Source: an uncultured Trueperaceae bacterium | GTDB taxonomy: Bacteria; Deinococcota; Deinococci; Deinococcales; Trueperaceae | Reading direction: 5' to 3' | NCBI GenBank assembly: GCA_965365745.1 | Contig: CBDUCW010000001.1 | Coordinates: forward strand, 1-33,393 | DNA: 33,393 nucleotides | Shown: piece after piece, positions 1 through 6,713 of the stretch | Numbering within the stretch: position 1 is the first letter of the stretch | How the letters are laid out: each line of letters opens with the position of its first letter | Made by a program: the position numbers and the translations under genes | The notes under the pieces: generated by a model | What the model was told of the DNA's origin: nothing | What the model saw: only the letters and a program-made list of their open reading frames with translations | Databases searched by the model: none

Positions 1-2116
1 GAAGCGAACCGCCCCGCCGTGCAGATCGCCGTAGGTCGCGATGACCGTGCCGTCCGCTGCCAGCAGCGTGACGCTGGGCCGCCGCGATGGCGTGGATGCA
101 GGGCGAGAGCGAGCTGTCGTGCGTGGTGAGCGCCTCGTAGAAGTCGAAGTCGCGGCGCGCCTCGGCCCGCGAGAAGTGCTCGCCGCAGGTGACCATCGCC
201 AGCACCACGTCGGCCTGCTTGAGCACCTGACGCCGGTAGATGTCGAGGGGGTGGTAGTGCAGCAGAAGCGGGTAGCGATCGGCCGGCGTGGCCTCGAAAT
301 CCCACGGCTCCTTGTCGAGGAAGGTGCTGTCCTGGGGGTGGACCCCGGCCGCCGCGTCGAAGGGGAGACGCATCCGCTCGGCGGCGTCGCTCCACGCGGC
401 CACCTCCGCGGCGTGGAGGTCGAGCGCCGTCTCGATCGCGTCGAAGCGTTCGGGGTCGCGCTCGGCGAGCTCACCGGCGACGCGGGCCGCGAAGCGCAGG
501 TGCCGCTGCGCCATCAGGTTGGTGTAGAGGTTGTCGTTCACGAGCGCGGTGTACTCGTCGGGCCCGGTGACCCCGTGGATGCAGAAATCGCCGGCCGCGT
601 CGCCGGCGAACCGCGGATTGACGAAGCCCAGGCTCAGCCAGAAGCGGGCCGTCTCGAACAGCAGCTCGGCGCCCCCGTCCCACAGCAGCGAGCGGTCGCC
701 GGTCGCGTCGACGTACTGCTCGATGCCGTAGGCGATGTCCGCGTTGATGTGGTACTGCGCGGTGCCCGCCGGGTAGTAGGCCGAGGCCTCGCGCCCGTCG
801 ATCGTGCGCCACGCGAAGAGCGCGCCATCGTGCGACAGCTCCGCGGCCCGCTCCCGGGCCGCCGGCAGGGTGCCGATGCGGAACTCGATCAGCGCCCGCG
901 CCACCTCCGGCCGGACGAAGGTGAACAGCGGCTGCATGTACAGCTCGGTGTCCCAGAAGTAGTGCCCCTCGTAGCCCTCGCCGGTCAGGCCCTTGGCCGC
1001 GATGTGCGTGCGGCCGTCGGTGCCGGCGCCGAAGCGCAGGTGCAGCATGCCGAAGCGCAGGCTCTGGGCGGTCGCGTCGTCGCCCTCGATGTCGACGTCG
1101 GCGCGGTCCCAGAACGCGGCGAGGTCGGCCACGTGCTCCTCCCGCAGGGCCGCGTAGCCGGCCGCGGCGGCGTCGTCGGCGACCCGCGTCGCGCGCTCGA
1201 GGAGCGCGTCCTCGGCGCCGTCGCGGGCGTCGACGTAGACGATCGTCTTGTCGAGTTCGACGGTGCTGCCGGCCTCCACCTCGACGGTCGCCCCCCAAGC
1301 GGCGACGCGCGGGTCGTCGCCGACCTCCTCGGCCGGGGTCTCGGCCTCGAGCCGACCGCCGCGCAGGTCGTGGACGGCGACGCAGGCGAGCGCCATCCGG
1401 CTGCGCCGCGTCCGCTGGGCGATCCCGAGGCGCCGGCCCGATGCGAGCCGGTCGAAGGGCTCGAGCACCTGGCCCTCGAGCGACGAGCCCACCCGCGGGT
1501 CGCCGGTCTCGACCTGGTTCGCGACCCGGCCGTCGACCGACGAGCGCAGCGCGACGCGCGCCGCCCCGTCGAGCGGCGTGACGGCCACGCGGATCGCGGC
1601 GACCTCGCGCCGCGCGAACGAGACGAAGCGCTCGGTCTCGATGCGCAGCCGCGCGCCGGACGGGGCGGCCCACACGACCTCCCGCCGCAGCACCCCGCGC
1701 TCGAGGTCGAGGGCGCGCTCGGAGGACTCCACCGTGCCGCGCCCCAGCGAGAAGCGCTCCCCGTCGATGGCGATCTCGATGCTCTTCGCATCGGTGACGT
1801 TGAGCATCGTCTGGCGGTCGGCCGCGTAGCCGTAGGCCGATTCGCCGTAGACGATCGGCGCCGATTCGAAGAAGCCGTTGAGGTAGGTGCCGGGGACGCT
1901 GCTGCCGCCGGGGACGTCGAAGCCCTCGATCAGGTTCCCGCGCATCCCGATGTAGCCGTTGCCGATCGAGAAGATCGATTCGTTGCGCTGATGCAGCGCG
2001 GGAACGACCTCGGTTTCGCGGACCGTCCACGGCTCGATCGGGTAGGCGGGCGAGGCGTTCGAGGGTGGGGTCGGCGGCTTCGACGGGGGTGGGGTCGACG
2101 GCGAGGTCGGCGGCAT
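1..2116 (-). CDS. GH65-family disaccharide phosphorylase (maltose/trehalose/kojibiose phosphorylase type); 3' end not resolved inside window
   Basis: Absent from the ORF track because there is no stop in the window. The reverse complement from ATG 2116, preceded by AAGGAGG (2121-2127), reads MPPTSPSTPPPSKPP..WTVRETEVVPALHQRNESIFSIGNGYIGMRGNLIEGF ... DGRTHIAAKGLTGEGYEGHYFWDTELYMQP ... RRQVLKQADVVLAM ... THDSSLSPCIHAIAAA. These are hallmark GH65 N-domain, catalytic-region and barrel motifs. Codon bias leaves this frame below about nt 75 (see findings). Confidence 0.85.
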   Translation of the reverse strand, partial: MPPTSPSTPPPSKPPTPPSNASPAYPIEPWTVRETEVVPALHQRNESIFSIGNGYIGMRGNLIEGFDVPGGSSVPGTYLNGFFESAPIVYGESAYGYAADRQTMLNVTDAKSIEIAIDGERFSLGRGTVESSERALDLERGVLRREVVWAAPSGARLRIETERFVSFARREVAAIRVAVTPLDGAARVALRSSVDGRVANQVETGDPRVGSSLEGQVLEPFDRLASGRRLGIAQRTRRSRMALACVAVHDLRGGRLEAETPAEEVGDDPRVAAWGATVEVEAGSTVELDKTIVYVDARDGAEDALLERATRVADDAAAAGYAALREEHVADLAAFWDRADVDIEGDDATAQSLRFGMLHLRFGAGTDGRTHIAAKGLTGEGYEGHYFWDTELYMQPLFTFVRPEVARALIEFRIGTLPAARERAAELSHDGALFAWRTIDGREASAYYPAGTAQYHINADIAYGIEQYVDATGDRSLLWDGGAELLFETARFWLSLGFVNPRFAGDAAGDFCIHGVTGPDEYTALVNDNLYTNLMAQRHLRFAARVAGELAERDPERFDAIETALDLHAAEVAAWSDAAERMRLPFDAAAGVHPQDSTFLDKEPWDFEATPADRYPLLLHYHPLDIYRRQVLKQADVVLAMVTCGEHFSRAEARRDFDFYEALTTHDSSLSPCIHAIAAAQRHAAGSGRHGHRDLRRSARRGGSL

Positions 2117-2162
2117 GCGTCCTCCTTACGGGGCGTGCGGGTCCGTGCGTCGGGTGCGGGCG

Positions 2163-2168
2163 ATTGTA
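2163..2168 (-). promoter_or_regulatory. candidate -10 box TACAAT for the GH65 gene
   Basis: Plus-strand attgta is TACAAT on the minus strand, about 47 nt upstream of ATG 2116 and upstream of the AAGGAGG SD. No convincing -35. Confidence 0.3.
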
Positions 2169-2303
2169 GCGCTTCGCTCCCGTGCGCCCCGGGGGCCGTA
2201 CGTCCCCGTGCGACGGCCCGACGCGTCCGTCCGCGCGTCGGTCCCCTCGCTGCACCGCCGCGTCGCTGGATCGCCGCGTCGCTGCGTCGGCGACCGCCGA
2301 CCG

Positions 2304-2681
2304 CTAGAGGCAGGCGCTCGCCCGCCGCTCGGCGAGCAGCTCGTTTCGAGCCCGCTGCACCAGGTCGTGGCCGCGCCCCCCCGGGGCTTCGGGCCCGGGG
2401 TCGTGGAGCACGAGCGCCGCGCCCGAGGCGAGGGCGTCGTCCAGCAACTCCTCCTTGCCCCGCAGGTCGCCGGCCTCGATCGCCACGACGTCGAGCCCGT
2501 CGACCCCCGCGTCGCGCGCGAAGGCCTCCGCCGCCGCGACGCTCGACCAGAGCGGCAGCGCCCACCCGTCGGGACGTTCGAGCAGGAGCGGGGCCCCGGC
2601 GACGCCCTCGCGACCCGGGCGGCGCAGCGCGACGAAGGGGTCGCGCGCGACGTCCATCGTGGGATCGATCGGCAGCGGCAT
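2304..2681 (-). CDS. hypothetical protein, SseB-like N-terminal domain suspected
   Basis: 125-aa ORF with protein-like composition (..LLLERPDGWALPLWSSVAAAEAFARDAGVDGLDVVAIEAGDL..). It lies 35 nt downstream of the TPR/CPBP-like gene on the same strand. The domain call is by resemblance only. Confidence 0.55.
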   Translation of the reverse strand: MPLPIDPTMDVARDPFVALRRPGREGVAGAPLLLERPDGWALPLWSSVAAAEAFARDAGVDGLDVVAIEAGDLRGKEELLDDALASGAALVLHDPGPEAPGGRGHDLVQRARNELLAERRASACL

Positions 2682-2715
2682 CGGGGTGGCTAGCTGCGCC
2701 GGTGCCCGCGCGGGC

Positions 2716-4350
2716 TCACACGACGAGCGCGCGGACCCACGGGATCAGCGTCACGCCCAGCACGAGGCCGAGGTGGAGGACCAGCATGGCCAGGAAGGGG
2801 GGCAGGCCGCCGTTCGAGCGCCGGTAGACGTACACGGCCAGCCCGCCGAGCACGAGCAGCAGCACGATCGGCGTCCCGAGCACCAGCGCATAGAGCCCCA
2901 CCGACAGCACGGCGGCGATCGACACGTCGTAGCGACGCCGGAGCGCGGTCATCGCGAAGGGCCGGAAGAACAGCTCGGTGAGCGGCAGCAGCAGGGCAGC
3001 GAGGATGGCGGGGATCTGCAGGGTGCCCAGATCGAGGTAGAACTCGCCGAGCCACGCCGCGTCGGGGCGGTAGGCCAGGTAGCCCAGCGTCACGGCCAGC
3101 ATCAGCAGGCCGACGAGCACACCGAGGCTGGCTTGGGAGCCCCCCGAGAGCAGGGCATCGCCGGCGTCGAAGCCGTTGCGGCGCACGGTCTGGATGGCGC
3201 TGAAGGCGAGCACGAGGCTGAAGACGAGCAGGCCGATCCCGCGCACCCCGTCGCCGATGACGGGCGCGAACAGGGCGAGCGCGTCGCCGTACACGGCGAG
3301 TCCGTAGACGAGCATGGCGAGCAGTCCGAGCAGCACGGCGGCGATCAACGAGCGGTAGACGTCCCCGACCGTCCACGGCTGGGGTCCCTCGACCACCTCG
3401 AGCGTGGAGGTCGGCGCGATGCGGCTCTCGCCGACCAGCAGCACCGCGAGCACCACGAGCAGGAGGCCGACCCAGAGGAGCGTGTTCGACAGCGCCAAAT
3501 TCAGCAGGTTGCCGCGCTGCATGGCACCGCGCAGGGCGACCCCGCCGCTGCGCAGGTTCCCCTGGCCGTAGTAGATCAACGAGAGCGCGACGAGGTCGTC
3601 GACCTGCGCGTCGGCTTCGCGGGACGTGCGCAGGGTGAGCGCCGAGTTGAGGGCGTCGATCGCCGCCTCGCCGTCGCCCACCGCCCAGTGGGAGCGACCC
3701 AGGAGCGATCGGACGGCGGCCTCGGGCTCGCTGGCGGCGAGCGCCTCGTAGGCGAGCAGCTGGTCGCGAGCGCCGGCGGCGTCGCCCACCTCGAGCCGGA
3801 GCTCGGCGTCGGCGAGGCGGTACCCGACGTCGAGGCCGTCCAGCGCGATGGCGCGCTGGTAGGCCTCGAGCGCGGCGTCGATCTCGCCCTGGTTCGCCGC
3901 CATCTGCCCCTCGAGGTAGTTCAGGCGTGCCGCGAGTTCGCGGTTGAATTCGACGTCGAGTGCGCGCCGCGCACTCGCGAGCAAGCTCGGGACCCGGTCG
4001 GCCCGGTCGGTCGCCAGGGAGACCTCGGCGAGCAGGAGATCGGGCTCGGCGCTGTCGACGAGGCGCCGGAGCGCCTCGAGGCGGGTCTCGGCGCTTCCGT
4101 AGTTGCCCTGCTGCACTTCGATGCGGGCGAGTGCGAGGCGGGCGTCGACGAAGCTCGGATCGACCTGCAAGGCATTCTCGCAGGCGCGCTGGGCCGCCCC
4201 GAGGTCGCCGCCGACCTCGAAGCTGAGGCACTGGCGGTAGTACCGGTTGGCGTCGAACTCCTGCGCCGAGGCCGTCGCCCCGAACAGGGCGAGCAGGGCG
4301 AGCAGGAGGGCGGGCGCCATCAGGGCGCGAACGCCGGATCGGGTCATCAT
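2716..4350 (-). CDS. exported TPR-repeat domain fused to a polytopic membrane domain with a degenerate CPBP (CAAX protease/Abi-like) motif
   Basis: 544 aa. Signal peptide MMTRSGVRALMAPALLLALLALFGATASAQE. About 270 aa of TPR-like helical repeats (GDLGAAQRACENALQVDPSFVDARLALARIEVQQGNYGSAE..). Then about 8 hydrophobic helices containing LTELFFRPF (2956-2979). GAGGGG lies 6 nt upstream of the ATG. Confidence 0.8.
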   Translation of the reverse strand: MMTRSGVRALMAPALLLALLALFGATASAQEFDANRYYRQCLSFEVGGDLGAAQRACENALQVDPSFVDARLALARIEVQQGNYGSAETRLEALRRLVDSAEPDLLLAEVSLATDRADRVPSLLASARRALDVEFNRELAARLNYLEGQMAANQGEIDAALEAYQRAIALDGLDVGYRLADAELRLEVGDAAGARDQLLAYEALAASEPEAAVRSLLGRSHWAVGDGEAAIDALNSALTLRTSREADAQVDDLVALSLIYYGQGNLRSGGVALRGAMQRGNLLNLALSNTLLWVGLLLVVLAVLLVGESRIAPTSTLEVVEGPQPWTVGDVYRSLIAAVLLGLLAMLVYGLAVYGDALALFAPVIGDGVRGIGLLVFSLVLAFSAIQTVRRNGFDAGDALLSGGSQASLGVLVGLLMLAVTLGYLAYRPDAAWLGEFYLDLGTLQIPAILAALLLPLTELFFRPFAMTALRRRYDVSIAAVLSVGLYALVLGTPIVLLLVLGGLAVYVYRRSNGGLPPFLAMLVLHLGLVLGVTLIPWVRALVV

Positions 4351-4464
4351 GAGGGTCCCCTCGGTCGGTGGAAAGGGTGGTGCGCAGGCGTTGCGGGGAC
4401 GACGATGCGCAACGGACGGGTCCGTCGCAGCGGTGCATCGACGTGGCCGACGCCAGTATACGAG

Positions 4465-4470
4465 TCCGCC
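4465..4470 (-). promoter_or_regulatory. candidate -10 box TATACT for the TPR/CPBP-like gene
   Basis: Plus-strand agtata is TATACT on the minus strand, in the locally AT-richer part of the 277-nt divergent spacer. No good -35. Confidence 0.3.
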
Positions 4471-4554
4471 TCATGATGATGGACCTCGCGCACGGCGTGG
4501 GTTAGGTCGTTCACACCGGGTCGGGCCGCCCCGGCGACGGTCGACGGCGAGCGG

Positions 4555-4560
4555 TATGAT
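4555..4560 (+). promoter_or_regulatory. candidate -10 box TATGAT for the exported TPR gene
   Basis: TATGAT lies 68 nt upstream of ATG 4628, back-to-back with the minus-strand TATACT 85 nt away. No good -35. Confidence 0.35.
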
Positions 4561-4627
4561 CGTCCCGTCCCCCGCACGCTTCGTCCGAGGCCCGCACGCA
4601 CGCCGCGCGGGCAGCTGGAGGTGTCCG

Positions 4628-5362
4628 ATGGCACGAGTCCCCACCCGTCGCACGGCGCGCGTCGCCCCCTGGCTCGTGAGCCTGCTCGCGCTCGCGATCC
4701 TCGGCGCCGGCGCAGCCGCCGTCGCCAGCGAGCTCGACGGCGATCGCGCGCTCGAGCAGGGCCGCTTCGCCGAGGCCGTCGAGGCCTACGGTGCGGCCGT
4801 CGAGCGCGGCACGACGAACGCCAGCCTGCTCATCAAGCACGCCCGCGCGACGACCTACCAGGCCGACCACAGCGACGATCCGGCCGAGGCCGAGCGCCTG
4901 TTCGCACTGGCTGCCGAGCGGGCCCGCACGGCGATCGAACGGCATCCCGAGGTCTCCGACACCCACCTCGAGCTGGCCCGTGCGCTCGGCCGGCTGGGGC
5001 AGTTCCGCGGCGTGCTGCAGTCGCTGGGCCTCGCCGAGGAGGTGCGCGGCGCCCTGCGCACGGCGCTGGAGCTCGACCCGGACAACGCCGACGTCCTGCA
5101 TGCCCTCGCGCTGTGGCACCTCGAGGTGCCGTGGATCCTGGGCGGGCGAAGCGGCGAGGTCGCGCCGCTGTTCGAGCGGGCGATCGAGCTCGAGCCGCGC
5201 GCCATCACCCACCGCGTCGCCTTCGCCGAGGCGCTGCTTCGGCTCGGCGATCGCGAGGCCGCCCGCGCCCAGCTCGAGGCGGCGCTCGACCTGCGAGTGC
5301 GGACCTTCCTCGAGCGCGAGGACCGTGCGCACGCCGAGGAGTTGATGGCCTCCGAGTTCTGA
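4628..5362 (+). CDS. exported or membrane-anchored TPR-like helical-repeat protein
   Basis: Internal ATG of ORF 4247..5362, preceded by GGAGG (4616-4620). MARVPTRRTARVAPWLVSLLALAILGAGAAAVASE, then helical repeats (GRFAEAVEAYGAAVERG.., LELARALGRLGQF.., AFAEALLRLGDREAARAQLEAAL). The upstream part of the ORF is Arg/Pro junk. Confidence 0.75.
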   Translation: MARVPTRRTARVAPWLVSLLALAILGAGAAAVASELDGDRALEQGRFAEAVEAYGAAVERGTTNASLLIKHARATTYQADHSDDPAEAERLFALAAERARTAIERHPEVSDTHLELARALGRLGQFRGVLQSLGLAEEVRGALRTALELDPDNADVLHALALWHLEVPWILGGRSGEVAPLFERAIELEPRAITHRVAFAEALLRLGDREAARAQLEAALDLRVRTFLEREDRAHAEELMASEF

Positions 5363-5467
5363 GGCGACCACCCGCGGGAGCCTCGACCTCGTCGCTCGCC
5401 GCGGCGCCCCGTTCGGGGCTCGATGAAGGAACCTTCAGCCGAACCGGAGGCGACGGTCAGGCGGGGT

Positions 5468-5476
5468 TGCTAGGCT
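5468..5476 (+). promoter_or_regulatory. extended -10 box TGCTAGGCT, 7 nt before ATG 5484 (leaderless-type promoter)
   Basis: TGn+TAnnnT with no SD before the ATG. The identical 10-mer TTGCTAGGCT recurs at 27190-27199 at the same distance from a start codon. Confidence 0.5.
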
Positions 5477-5483
5477 GGGCGCC

Positions 5484-5858
5484 ATGACCGCCCTGCTGCT
5501 GTGGTTCCTGCTCGGGCAGACCTTCGGGGGACTCCCGGCGATGGAGCCGGGGACGTCGGTGTGGCTGATGTCGCCCGACCTCCTCACCGTCTACGCCCGC
5601 GCCGAGGTCGTCGAGGGCGAGCTGCGCTTCGACGCTCGCCTCGAGCCCGGCACGCCGATCCGTGTGTCGATCTTCCCGCCCGGCCTCGCGGCCGCCGACC
5701 GGAGCGCGAACGCCGACGCTGCGACCTTCCTCGACGGACGCGTGTCCGACGACGGGCTCGACCTGGTCGTGCGCCTCGTCGATCGCGACGATCCGCTGTC
5801 GCTGCGCGCCTGGCTCGCGCAACAGCGCGGCCTGGCGCTCGCCTTCGGCGACCCATGA
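5484..5858 (+). CDS. small hypothetical protein with hydrophobic N-terminus, translationally coupled to the response regulator
   Basis: 124 aa with uniformly G/C third positions. N-terminus MTALLLWFLLGQTFGGLPA. The stop overlaps the RR start (ATGA at 5855-5858). Confidence 0.65.
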   Translation: MTALLLWFLLGQTFGGLPAMEPGTSVWLMSPDLLTVYARAEVVEGELRFDARLEPGTPIRVSIFPPGLAAADRSANADAATFLDGRVSDDGLDLVVRLVDRDDPLSLRAWLAQQRGLALAFGDP

Positions 5859-6520
5859 GCGAGCGGATCGTGATCGTCGAGGACGACACCGACATCGCCA
5901 AGCTCCTGACGCTCGAGCTCGGCGAGGCCGGCTACGAGGTCGAGGCCCACGAGACCGGCATGCGCGGGCTCACCGCGATCCGCGAGCGGGAGCCCGACCT
6001 GGTCATCCTCGATCTCGGGCTGCCCGATCTCGACGGCGCCGAGATCGCGCGGCGGGTGCGCAAGACGAGCGAGACGCCGATCATCATCCTCACCGCCGCC
6101 GACGACGTCGACACGAAGGTCGACCTGCTCGAGTCGGGCGCCGACGACTACCTCGCCAAGCCGTTCCACATCCAGGAGCTGATCGCCCGCGTGGGCGTGC
6201 AGCTTCGCAAGCGCTCGGGCGGCGCGGTGCGGACCGTCGGCGAGCTCGTGCTCGACGCCGCCCAGCGCAGCGCGCACCACGGCGACCACGAACTGCACCT
6301 CAGCCCACGCGAATTCGAGCTCCTGATGTTCCTCACCCAGCAACCCGGCCGCGTGTACGCCCGCGAAGAGATCGAAGCCAACGTGTGGGACGAGGAGCTC
6401 CCGCCGACGAGCAACGTCGTCGACGTCCACATCGCGAACATCCGGGCCAAGCTTCGCGACGCCGGCGGCTTCGGCCTCATCCGCACCGTGCGCGGCATCG
6501 GGTACGCCGTCAAGGCCTAG
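5855..6520 (+). CDS. OmpR/PhoB-family response regulator
   Basis: MSERIVIVEDDTDIAKLL..PDLVILDLGLPDLDG..IIILTA..DYLAKPF receiver domain, plus a winged-helix output (LSPREFELLMFL..VYAREEI..VDVHIANIRAKL..IRTVRGIGY). It starts at an internal ATG of ORF 5501..6520. Confidence 0.95.
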   Translation: MSERIVIVEDDTDIAKLLTLELGEAGYEVEAHETGMRGLTAIREREPDLVILDLGLPDLDGAEIARRVRKTSETPIIILTAADDVDTKVDLLESGADDYLAKPFHIQELIARVGVQLRKRSGGAVRTVGELVLDAAQRSAHHGDHELHLSPREFELLMFLTQQPGRVYAREEIEANVWDEELPPTSNVVDVHIANIRAKLRDAGGFGLIRTVRGIGYAVKA

Positions 6521-6556
6521 CTTCGTGCCCGCGCCCGACGACCCCGCCCGTCCCGC

Positions 6557-6591
6557 CGTCGGCGGCCGGGGCGCGCAACGCAGGGGGTCGG
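6557..6591. repeat. direct repeat copy 1 (35 nt)
   Basis: cgtcggcggccggggcgcgcaacgcagggggtcgg matches copy 2 at 33 of 35 positions, 96 nt away. Confidence 0.9.
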
Positions 6592-6593
6592 AC

Positions 6594-6656
6594 ATGACAC
6601 GCTTCTTCGTCAAACATCCCGTGACGACGTGGATGCTCTTCACCGCGTTCGTCGTC
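6594..6656 (+). pseudogene. orphan 5' fragment of an RND (AcrB/CzcA-type) efflux permease gene, in frame with the kinase
   Basis: Encodes MTRFFVKHPVTTWMLFTAFVV, the characteristic M-x-R-F-F-[IV]-x-[RH]-P-[IV] plus TM1 start of RND permeases. Only 21 codons, visibly lower GC than the surroundings, flanked by the two 35-nt repeats. Confidence 0.5.
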
Positions 6657-6687
6657 GGCGGCCGGGGCGCCCGACGCAGGGGGTCGG
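6653..6687. repeat. direct repeat copy 2 (35 nt)
   Basis: cgtcggcggccggggcgcccgacgcagggggtcgg. It contains GTCGG..CCGAC..GTCGG alternative short stems. Confidence 0.9.
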
Positions 6688-6713
6688 GGGCCGCAGGCGA
6701 CGGCGCGGCGCTG

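Noticed and set aside
41-2827. 928-aa plus-strand ORF and the other long Arg/Pro/Ala/Gly-rich ORFs in the track (e.g. 471..2255-, 2455..4476+, 2690..4474-, 6510..8156-, 9275..10498-, 17497..19095+, 18978..20984+, 22058..25168+, 22329..24872-, 25623..28289-).
   Set aside because: They have low-complexity composition and lie antisense or out of frame to genes with clear family motifs. Such stop-free shadow frames are expected in very GC-rich DNA.
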